A DNA stretch of 62,917 bases, counting the filler, from Octopus bimaculoides (taxonomy: Eukaryota), in assembly GCF_001194135.2 (NCBI RefSeq). It is 5 parts of 5 records of this genome, joined end to end, with 100 filler letters (N's around TTAATTAATTAA, not from the genome) between each part and the next. Parts side by side here need not be neighbours in the genome. Positions count along the whole stretch, not along the records: positions 45,468 to 57,119 come from NC_068993.1; positions 57,220 to 59,512 come from NC_069004.1; positions 59,613 to 62,917 come from NC_068985.1; 2 more parts are not named here. One strand, given 5' to 3'. The position numbers and the translations under genes were made by a program. Shown here piece by piece: positions 52,872 through 62,917 of the stretch. The notes below the pieces were generated by a model. It worked only from the letters and a program-made list of their open reading frames with translations. It did no database searches and was not told the DNA's origin. Each line of letters starts with the position of its first letter. The first letter of the stretch is position 1.

Positions 52872-53472
52872 TGGGTATATATAACATTTTGTATCACATA
52901 TCTTATATCTTTTACGCGTTTAAATCATTGGGCAGCGGCCATGCTGTGGTAGCGGCCATGCTGACGCAGCGGCCATGCTGCCGCAGTGGCCATGTTGGGG
53001 CACCGGCTTCCTAGATTGTTTGATCGAACGAACCGACCCCCTTTTATGTCTGCTTCTTNNNNNNNNNNNNNNNNNNNNNNNNNNNNNNNNNNNNNNNNNN
53101 NNNNNNNNNNNNNNNNNNNGTTTGGTTTAGTATTTACGGTGCTGGACTCCAGATCGTAAGATTGTGGTTTCATATTTCTCATAGCCGTTCAGGAGGGGGA
53201 GCAGATCTCTTGGGGGAACAAAAGAACGAAGAGTGGAATGAACGAAGTAAGTGTGAAAGGGCTGATAGAAAGAAGGAAAGAAGGACAGAATGATAGAGTA
53301 GAAAAAATAGTAGAGTCGTACAAATGTTTATAATTGCTCGATATGTGGAGTACATGAACAGCCGGCAACTGATGAAGGGTCGTTCTTTATGTTTTTCATT
53401 TGTTTCTCCCGTTGTTCGCATACCCAAATTTGCCTTTGTATTTCATGTTGCTTACGTTTTGTNNNNNNNNNN

Positions 53473-53757
53473 TACTGTTTTACTCGTTTCAGTCATTTGA
53501 CTGCGGCCATGCTAGAGCACCGCTTTTAGTCGAACAAATCGACCCCAGGACTTATTCATTGGAAGCCTAGTACTTATTCTATCGGTCTCTTTTGCCGAAC
53601 CTATAAGTTACGGGGACTTAAACACACCACCAACGGTTGTCAAGTGATGCTGGGGGGACAAACACAGTCACACAAACATAAACACACACTTACATATATA
53701 TACATATACATATATACGACAGGCTTCTTTCAGTTTCCGTCTACCAAGTCCACTCAC
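53473..53757 (-). mobile_element. SINE family A, truncated by a gap
   Basis: TTTCAGTCATTTGACTGCGGCCATGC...CTTTCAGTTTCCGTCTACC. Confidence 0.88.
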
Positions 53758-54147
53758 NNNNNNNNNNNNNNNNNNNNNNNNNNNNNNNNNNNNNNNNNNN
53801 NNNNNNNNNNNNNNNNNNNNNNNNNNNNNNNNNNNNNNNNNNNNNNNNNNNNNNNNNNNNNNNNNNNNNNNNNNNNNNNNNNNNNNNNNNNNNNNNNNNN
53901 NNNNNNNNNNNNNNNNNNNNNNNNNNNNNNNNNNNNNNNNNNNNNNNNNNNNNNNNNNNNNNNNNNNNNNNNNNNNNNNNNNNNNNNNNNNNNNNNNNNN
54001 NNNNNNNNNNNNNNNNNNNNNNNNNNNNNNNNNNNNNNNNNNNNNNNNNNNNNNNNNNNNNNNNNNNNNNNNNNNNNNNNNNNNNNNNNNNNNNNNNNNN
54101 NNNNNNNNNNNNNNNNNNNNNNNNNNNNNNNNNNNNNNNNNNNNNNN

Positions 54148-54198
<51 letters not shown>

Positions 54199-55595
54199 CA
54201 CACACACACATATATATAATAGGAAAGTGCTATCTAATTAAGGCAAATCAGTATTATTGATGTCAAATCTACGGGGCTGAGATTCACTCAGAAATTTCAG
54301 CAGACTAAAAGGGGAGAATTGATGGACATGTGATGGTTGGTGAATGACGGTCATTTCCATGCAGAGCACTTTTCGAAAAGTTGACGAAGAAGAACAGAAC
54401 AATATCTTACCATCATTAATTGTTATTTGTAGTAGTTTCAGATAACATGAATGAATTGAATCGATGCTCTTAAGCGTTCATAATTCGTAAGGGGTGGGGG
54501 GGAGAAGACACGGAGAGAATGAATATACTACAGACTGTAAAAAGAGACTAAGATAATTGTGCTGTGCTGTGGTAGTTATGATAATTGCTGTTGTTGTTGT
54601 TGTTGTTATCGTCATTGTATTTTTCCATTTCAACATACCTCACAGAAGTAAATGAGGAACCCGACAGTTGACCTCTCGGTGTCAACTTTCTAATTGGTCG
54701 TTTATTTCAGGCACTTTTGTTTGATCTTTGATTTGTCGTTCTGTATATTTTATAATCCTAACACTCTCTATCTCACTTAATAGATGTTTCGTGATAATTG
54801 AACTAAGTGGTGGCGCGGCTGGTGACGCCGGTGGATGATAGTTGTGATGCTGATGTGGATGCTTGACGGCGGCGGCGGCGGCGGAGGTGCGGGCGTCGGT
54901 ATTGTTTGCTAGTATTTGTGATACTGGAAGAGGTGGCTGTGGTGACGTTTGTATTAGAATTNNNNNNNNNNNNNNNNNNNNNNNNNNNNNNNNNNNNNNN
55001 NNNNNNNNNNNNNNNNNNNNNNNNNNNNNNNNNNNNNNNNNNNNNNNNNNNNNNNNNNNNNNNNNNNNNNNNNNNNNNNNNNNNNNNNNNNNNNNNNNNN
55101 NNNNNNNNNNNNNNNNNNNNNNNNNNNNNNNNNNNNNNNNNNNNNNNNNNNNNNNNNNNNNNNNNNNNNNNNNNNNNNNNNNNNNNNNNNNNNNNNNNNN
55201 NNNNNNNNNNNNNNNNNNNNNNNNNNNNNNNNNNNNNNNNNNNNNNNNNNNNNNNNNNNNNNNNNNNNNNNNNNNNNNNNNNNNNNNNNNNNNNNNNNNN
55301 NNNNNNNNNNNNNNNNNNNNNNNNNNNNNNNNNNNNNNNNNNNNNNNNNNNNNNNNNNNNNNNNNNNNNNNNNNNNNNNNNNNNNNNNNNNNNNNNNNNN
55401 NNNNNNNNNNNNNNNNNNNNNNNNNNNNNNNNNNNNNNNNNNNNNNNNNNNNNNNNNNNNNNNNNNNNNNNNNNNNNNNNNNNNNNNNNNNNNNNNNNNN
55501 NNNNNNNNNNNNNNNNNNNNNNNNNNNNNNNNNNNNNNNNNNNNNNNNNNNNNNNNNNNNNNNNNNNNNNNNNNNNNNNNNNNNNNNNNNNNNNT

Positions 55596-55862
55596 TAATC
55601 CGCATTACTACCCGGCGTGCTAACGATTCCGCCAGCTCACCGCCATAATAACAATATTAAAGCTAATAACAATTATAATCCTTTCTACAAAAGGCACAAG
55701 GCATGAAATTTTTAGGGAAGGGATTAGTCGATTACATCGACCCCAGTGACAAACTGTTACTTATCTTATCGACACCAAAAAGATGAAAGGCAAAGTCGAC
55801 CTCGGCGGAATTCGAACTCAGAATGTAACGGAGTACTAACGATTCTGCCAGATCGCCGCCTT
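55596..55862 (-). mobile_element. SINE family B: head at 55596-55645 plus a full copy at 55675-55862
   Basis: GGCAAAGTCGACCTCGGCGGAATTCGAACTCAGAA...CTAACGATTCTGCCAGATCGCCGCC. Confidence 0.85.
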
Positions 55863-56314
55863 AAAGTAGAAGCAAGTATTAATGTTGATGTTATGGGAGG
55901 CGATGGTGTTGGCGGTGTTCATGGTCATATTATTGATCGATGTGTGTGATAGGGATGATGGAGCGATTTTGGCAATGAAAGCTTTGTTAGTTTTGGTTGT
56001 GTTGTTGCTGATGCCAATGCTGGCGTTGTGGTTGATGCTGGTGTTGGTGGCGTTAGTGTTAGTGCTGTTGTTTTTGAAGGGGGTGGTGTTATTAGGGGTG
56101 GGGAAAGGGGTGGTGAAATTCGTATTACTGCGGTCAGCATTTACGCTGTTGTTTATATTTATGTTGTTGTTGTTGTTAGTGGTGGTGGGCGGTGGTGGAT
56201 GGGAGTGAGGATTGTGGTGACGATGATGGTGGGGGTCTTATTGTTGTTATGAGTTTGAGTTTGAGGCAGATTTTGTACTGTTGTTGCTAGGATTGTTGCT
56301 GTTAGTACTTTTAA

Positions 56315-56510
56315 TTTCAAATTTTGGTACAAGACCAGCATTTCCAGAGAGAGTTTAAATCGATTACATCGACCCGAGTATTCAACGGGTACTCATTTTA
56401 TCGACCTTTATAGGAGGAAAGGCAAAGTCGACCACGGTGATGGAATTTGAACTCAGAATGTGAAGAGCGTTTTCTCCCGGTGCACTAACCATTCTGACAG
56501 CTTGGTGCTA
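56315..56510 (-). mobile_element. SINE family B
   Basis: GATTACATCGACCC...GGCAAAGTCGACC...GGAATTTGAACTCAGAATG. Confidence 0.8.
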
Positions 56511-56959
56511 TTAGTAACACTAACAATAATGTAAGCTATCCAATAATGTTGGTGGATTCGTCATCAAGATATCTCACCTGCTTATACCTGTTTAAAATTC
56601 TGCCTGAAGATAGTGGATTCTATGGTACATCAATACAATTCTACCGTAACAGCTGGAGTAAATTTTAAACCCTGTTTACGTTTGTTTTATACTTACGCTG
56701 CATCTAGAACCTGCCCTGAGTCGGATGTACGGTTTAAATTGGATTTGGTACTTACATATCTACAATATCCTACCAACACATGATACTCTCAAGGTTGTTT
56801 TACTCCACTGTGAACTTCATGTTATTATATCTAGCAATTTCTGGCGCCCTGTCTGTTGATGTACGTAAATTCTAATACTACAACTCATGTATGTGAATGT
56901 CTGTGTGTGTGTGTGTGTGTGTGCGTGTGTTTGTGTGTGTGTGTGTGTGCATTTTGCAT

Positions 56960-57110
56960 CTGTGTTTGCGTTTGTCCGTCACACTCAATTTCACAACCGA
57001 CGTTGGTGTGTTTCCGAACCACGAGACTTGGCAATTCGGTGAAAGAGACCGATAGATTGAGTATGGGGCTTTAAAAAAAAAGAAATAAATACTGTGGTCG
57101 ATAAGTTCTA
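56960..57110 (+). mobile_element. SINE family A, 3' portion
   Basis: CACAACCGACGTTGGTGTGTTT...AATTCGGTGAAAGAGACCGATAGA. Confidence 0.6.
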
Positions 57111-57219
57111 CAAAAATAANNNNNNNNNNNNNNNNNNNNNNNNNNNNNNNNNNNNNNNNNNNNTTAATTAATTAANNNNNNNNNNNNNNNNNNNNNNNNN
57201 NNNNNNNNNNNNNNNNNNN

Positions 57220-57282
<63 letters not shown>

Positions 57283-57662
57283 CTCGCTCTCTCTTCTTGC
57301 GTATATGTGTGCGTGTGCTTAATTTGGTGATTCACTCTGTCTCTTAGCAATCCCAACTGCGTGCCTTAATATTCTTTAATTCATGTGCCATATTTATATC
57401 TCATTGCCACCTTACGCTAACTGTGACAAGGTTGAATCAGACACACACGCAGACACACACGCACATACACTCGCATACACACACACACACACATACATAC
57501 ATACATACATAAATACATACATTTATAGAATATACATAGATATGTATATATGCATTCATGTATACATTTATGTGCGCTTATCATAAGGCATGTATTTAAC
57601 TCCTACGTGACAATATATATCTGGGTATGTACACATATATATGATATACATATGTGTGTGTG

Positions 57663-57718
<56 letters not shown>

Positions 57719-57866
57719 GACATATACAGAGACAACAAATATAGACAGATAAATAGCTAGGTAGCTAACTACATACATTTCTTTTATTAGCCACACAGGG
57801 CTCAACGAAGATGGGACAAATACAATGTAGAGCTTTTCTTTTTGGGAGGGGGAAGGTAGGGAAAAA

Positions 57867-57912
<46 letters not shown>

Positions 57913-57921
57913 GCCTATATA

Positions 57922-59512
57922 CAGTAGAACCTCGCAATACGAATGCACCCTTGTACGAGTAATTTGCTGTACGAACCGAGACTCGTGCGAATTTTTCTCT
58001 TGAAGTATGAGCAGAAATCCGCAGTACGAGAGGAAATCCGCAATACGAGCGAGTTTCATACAAGCGACCGATAGTGCTGAGCTCGCATACGCTCTCCCAA
58101 CAAGCGCAGTCTCCGCTCGCTCAATCTCGTGTTTATCTCGCTGTGGCAGCATCCCTATTGTGTTTTTCCCGATGATTTTGTTTAGTTTTGTGCATTTTTT
58201 GCTATTATTTCGTAATAATTAGTTGTGTTAGCCATGGATCCTAAGAAGGTTAGTGCAAAGGATCGTGCTGAGAAGGAAAAGCTGATTACGATAGAATTGA
58301 AGAAGGAAATCATTGATAAACACGAGAGAAGAGTGCGTGTAGTGGACATAGCACGTAAATACGACCGAAGCACGTCGACGATCTGTGCTATCCTGAAGAA
58401 AAAGGACGAGATCAAGGCCATTACAACAGCAAAGGGTGTCTCCAGGTTCTCTAAGCAACACACATCTGTCCACGAAAGGATGGAAAAATTGCTTCTCCTG
58501 TGGTTCAACGAGAAGCAACTCGCAGGGGAGACGATTACGGAGACCATCATCTGCGAGAAAGCGCGACCGCTGTCTGGGGCTCTCCTGAATCAGAACCCTG
58601 GAACATCGATGGAGGAGACATTAGGAGACGCATTTAAGATCAGTCGCGGCTGGTTTGATTATTTCAAGAAGAGGACTGGTGTTCATAGTGTCGTTAGGTA
58701 TGGAGAAGCAGCGAGTTCTGACAGGAAGGCAGCTGAAAATTTCGTGCGTGAATTCCGTCACCTCATCGCAACTGAGGAGTACATCGCACAACGGGTATCC
58801 AGCTGTGATGAAACTGGCCTGTTTTGGAAAAAGATGCCCAGAAGATCTGACATAACTGCAGAGAATAAAATGCCAGGCCACCAGCCTAAAGATAGGCTAA
58901 CTCTCACCCTTTATGCCAATGCCAGTGGAGACTTGAATGTTAAACCCCTCTTTGTCTACCATTCCGAAAACCCATGAGCGTTCAAGTCACTCAAAATCGT
59001 GTGAAGGAGAAGCTGCAGGTTAGGTGGAGTGCAAATGTTAAAGCTTGGGTCCTTAGACAATTCTTCTCCGAGTGGGTCAACCTTATCTTCAGACCAGCAG
59101 TGAAAAAGTACTTTTTGGAAAACAATCTTCCTCTCAAGGCCCTCCTCATCCTCAACAATGCTTCTGCTCACCCTCATAACCTCGAAGATGATATCCTAGA
59201 TGAATTTAAATTTATATAAGTTTTGCACCTTTCACGCAACACCATCCCTATCTTGCAGCCCATGGACCAACAGGTGATTTCTAATTTTAAGAAATTGTAC
59301 ACCAAACACCTGTTTCGTCGATGCTTTGAAGTCCCTGAAAAAACAAATTTAACCCTTCGTGAATTTTGGAAGGAGCACCATAACATTGTAAACTGCCTGA
59401 AAATCATCGAAATCATCGATATAGCCTGGCAAGGTGTAACGAGGAGAACGCTGAATTCTGCATGGAGGAAACTGTGGTCTGATTGCGTATCCGAAAGTGT
59501 CTTCGTTAGGGT
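57922..59512 (+). mobile_element. Tigger/pogo transposon (TIGD1-like transposase from 58234), truncated at an assembly join
   Basis: TA|CAGTAGAACCTCG left TIR. CENP-B-type HTH (ITIELKKEII...VVDIARKY), CDETGLFWKKMP, KDRLTL...NASGD and LQPMDQQVISNFK. Stop at 58975-58977 plus frameshifts. Confidence 0.92.
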
Positions 59513-59612
59513 NNNNNNNNNNNNNNNNNNNNNNNNNNNNNNNNNNNNNNNNNNNNTTAATTAATTAANNNNNNNNNNNNNNNNNNNNNNNNNNNNNNNN
59601 NNNNNNNNNNNN

Positions 59613-59651
<39 letters not shown>

Positions 59652-59655
<4 letters not shown>

Positions 59656-59890
59656 GCCCCAAATGCAAGGAGAATTATATTGGCGAAACCACTAATTCCT
59701 TTTGCTAATGCGCAAGAATCCACAGACAGCACATCCGACAAGAGGAGCTAAGGAAAATTCCTCTGAGTAAACATTTGGAAATATGTGGAGAAGGAAAATT
59801 CAAAATCTTCCCCTTCTACAAATGCTCAAGGAACGACCCAAACTTCCGAAAAGTTTCATAAAGAAGGTCGCACCACAATTAAATGCTTGA
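59652..59890 (+). mobile_element. GIY-YIG endonuclease C-terminus of a Penelope-like element
   Basis: TCPKCKENYIGETT, then after a frameshift RIHRQHIRQEELRKIPLSKHLEICG...FIKKVAPQLNA*. Confidence 0.75.
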
Positions 59891-59903
59891 ACAACCTACC
59901 ACA

Positions 59904-61034
59904 CTTTAACGTAAATAAATAAACCCTAACCAACAACACTGTGTCCAAAATATAACGAACTGGGTGTGAGATGGGTCCGGGGAGCAAGATTTTTATACAC
60001 TGTATGGAGATAGTGTCTTCAGTGTATCCATAACTAGAATTTCAAAAAAAAAGTTGACCATATCCATACAAGTATTCTTTAATGAATACAAAAGAACAAG
60101 ACCTGGAAATGCAATTATAATTTTTACTGAAGAAAGTCAAAAACAACATCTGGTTTTTCAATTAAGAACCTTGATCAATTCAAATACAAAAATTCTTTTT
60201 CCTTCCCCACCTTAAACGCCTCTTTACCTCCCCTTCTTTCTAAAAAAGAAGAAAATTTTTCTTCTTTCTTCTCCCTTGCTTGGCTAGCCCCACAAAATTC
60301 TTTATATATAAAAAGGCTAAGAAATCTAACTTTAAACTACTTTTTGATAAATCCGATAACGGAAGAAAGCGCTAAAAAATGTAAATAAAAAATATATATA
60401 NNNNNNNNNNNNNNNNNNNNNNNNNNNNNNNNNNNNNNNNNNNNNNNNNNNNNNNNNNNNNNNNNNNNNNNNNNNNNNNNNNNNNNNNNNNNNNNNNNNN
60501 NNNNNNNNNNNNNNNNNNNNNNNNNNNNNTATATATATATATATATATATGTTTGTGTGTGTGTGTGTGTGGGTGTGTGTATAAATATCTGTGAATAAGT
60601 TTTAAAATTTATTTATTTTAGTTGACTATTGTATCGAGCAGGATGGTTTTGCGTGATATATGTTCAATAATTAAATTGTATATTATGCATTTTATTGTGG
60701 TGTTTCATGTGAGCATGATTCCCTGGTGGGAAAATTGTCTTGCCTGAGATCATGCACCGCTGACCAGTTGAGAAATCAAGAGTGCGTATCCTATTGACTA
60801 TCATCGGCACCACATGGCGTTTTTGCGAAAGAATCTTACATCGGAAACGACACAGTGGTCTCGAACAGAGATAGAAACGACGTCCTACTTAAAAAAACTG
60901 CAACGCTTTAACGTAAATAAATAAATCCTAACCAACAACACTGTCCAAAATATAACGAACTGAGTGCGAGATGGGTCTGGGGAGCAAGATTTTTATACAC
61001 CGTATGGCGATAGTGTCTTTAGTGAATCCATAAC
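59904..61034 (+). repeat. ~130-bp direct repeats (59904-60034 and 60906-61034)
   Basis: CTTTAACGTAAATAAATAAA...GGGGAGCAAGATTTTTATACAC...ATCCATAAC occurs twice with a few substitutions. Confidence 0.85.
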
Positions 61035-61581
61035 GATCGAATTCGTTAAGACAGAAAGCTAATCGCTACGTCTGCCTACTGCTTTAACAAATAGCAGGTT
61101 ACATTTCTCAAAATATAAGATCACTGAGGGCAGCCAGCGCATTTCAATTAATAAATGAGATTGTTATTCAGAATTTGACATCAATTAGCGATTCTGTAAA
61201 CATCGCCTTCGTTGAAATAAAGTAGTAAATTAACAGACATGAATAAAATGAAAAGAAAGGTCTTCTTTCAGTCTACTAATTAATAACTATTACTCAGGCC
61301 ATAAACATAATCAAATTACCCCCCCCCCACACAAAATCACATATATATAAATATCTGTATACGAACATCTTTCTTTCATACATACGCACATACACGTTCA
61401 GACATAAACCGTTGTATGCATGTATGTATGTAAACACACACACTCACACATGTATGTATTCTTTGTTACATACATACGCACAAACACGTATAGACGTAAA
61501 CAACTGTATGTATATGTATCTATATGTATGTATATATATGTATGTATACACGTATTCACATACACATGTATATTATATATC

Positions 61582-61622
<41 letters not shown>

Positions 61623-62659
61623 NNNNNNNNNNNNNNNNNNNNNNNNNNNNNNNNNNNNNNNNNNNNNNNNNNNNNNNNNNNNNNNNNNNNNNNNNNNNNN
61701 NNNNNNNNNNNNNNNNNNNNNNNNNNNNNNNNNNNNNNNNNNNNNNNNNNNNNNNNNNNNNNNNNNNNNNNNNNNNNNNNNNNNNNNNNNNNNNNNNNNN
61801 NNNNNNNNNNNNNNNNNNNNNNNNNNNNNNNNNNNNNNNNNNNNNNNNNNNNNNNNNNNNNNNNNNNNNNNNNNNNNNNNNNNNNNNNNNNNNNNNNNNN
61901 NNNNNNNNNNNNNNNNNNNNNNNNNNNNNNNNNNNNNNNNNNNNNNNNNNNNNNNNNNNNNNNNNNNTATATATATATATATATATATATCTACAAATAC
62001 GTAAGTACATGCATTTATACATGGTAATATATGTATAAATCCAGAGTAAAATTCGTATGCATATACCAATAGACAGAAATAATATATACTTACACACACA
62101 TACATATTTATTCATATACTGTAAGACTTCAGTTTACGAGGACCTAGATTTACGAGTTTTTACGAATTTTATTTTTGTTTCGTTCTCCGAAAAAGAATTA
62201 ACTCGAATATCGAAGCATCGCTGTATCTCTTTTTTGAAGTTTCCTACCTAGGGACATCGGTAATTATGGGCCAATACTCCCTGCCAAAGTATGGAAATTC
62301 ATGACTTTTCTTGGGAAAGATACTGCCGTGGTTTTCCCTTGTTTTTTATTGTTTTATTTACAATTTCCTTTGCTAGTCTCCTACTCTTCTGAGCTTACTC
62401 TTCAAGCACAAAACCATTATAGTCTTTAAACATAGGCTAATTTACGTGACATCAGAATACGTCCATGCACTGGTGGGGTTTGTATGACACATGTCTAGTA
62501 GGAGCAGTCCTCTATCGGGCTCTGTATGCTTTAGTCACGAGGTTATCATCTGATAGTTGATCCCTAACAGAAACCTTTCTTGGGTACAGCCACTTCAAAC
62601 CAGAGCAGGACCAGGAACAGAGGCCAGTAAAACGTAATTTCATACATCATAAATAGAGC

Positions 62660-62723
62660 ATCATGACCTGATGCTATGGCCTCGGGCCTACCAAAGCCTT
62701 GTGAGCCTGGAAGAACCCCGTCG

Positions 62724-62770
<47 letters not shown>

Positions 62771-62845
62771 ATGTCTGTGTTTGCCTTCCAACAATCACAA
62801 CTTGAATGCCGGTGTTGGCGTGTTTATGTCGCCGTAATTTAGCTT
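62660..62845 (+). mobile_element. SINE family A fragment
   Basis: GCCTCGGGCCTACCAAAGCCTTGTGAG...GAAGAACCCCGTCG(TA)n...GGTGTTGGCGTGTTTATGTC. Confidence 0.75.
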
Positions 62846-62917
62846 GTCTTCACTTTTTCGAGATCAGTGACTTTCCGTTACTGGAAAAAAGATGTCTATA
62901 TATTCGCATTGGGAACC

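Noticed and set aside
58225-58977. Intact TIGD/CENP-B gene (250-aa ORF)
   Set aside because: It lies inside a TIR-bounded Tigger, and the DDE domain is broken by a stop and frameshifts.
28600-62800. Many ORF-track entries (poly-I/Y/C/V/H/T/M and X-filled)
   Set aside because: These are translations of microsatellites or read-through of N gaps.

Overview
AT-rich, microsatellite-laden, gapped eukaryotic DNA. The two abundant tRNA-type SINE families suggest an octopod cephalopod; this is an inference. One host gene is supported: NTMT1 (alpha-N-terminal methyltransferase) on the minus strand, with two coding exons (22768-22616 and 13431-12922, 220 aa) and a ~9.2 kb GT-AG intron. The rest is decayed transposable elements: a Gypsy-like 3' end, two mariners inserted at TA sites of one 32-33 bp minisatellite, Helitron, hAT, Tc1 and Tigger elements, RTE, CR1-like and RLE-type LINE fragments, and several Penelope-like (PLE) remnants. 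The most notable signal is a set of ~300-350 bp non-coding foldback inserts carrying minimal type-I hammerhead ribozyme motifs in both arms. One has a 12-bp target-site duplication and one lies in the NTMT1 intron. The NTMT1 protein has Tyr where orthologues have a His in the QWVxGHL motif. Four identical 100-bp N44-TTAATTAATTAA-N44 linkers are assembly artefacts. All assignments come from manual reading; TE boundaries are approximate unless a TIR or TSD is cited.
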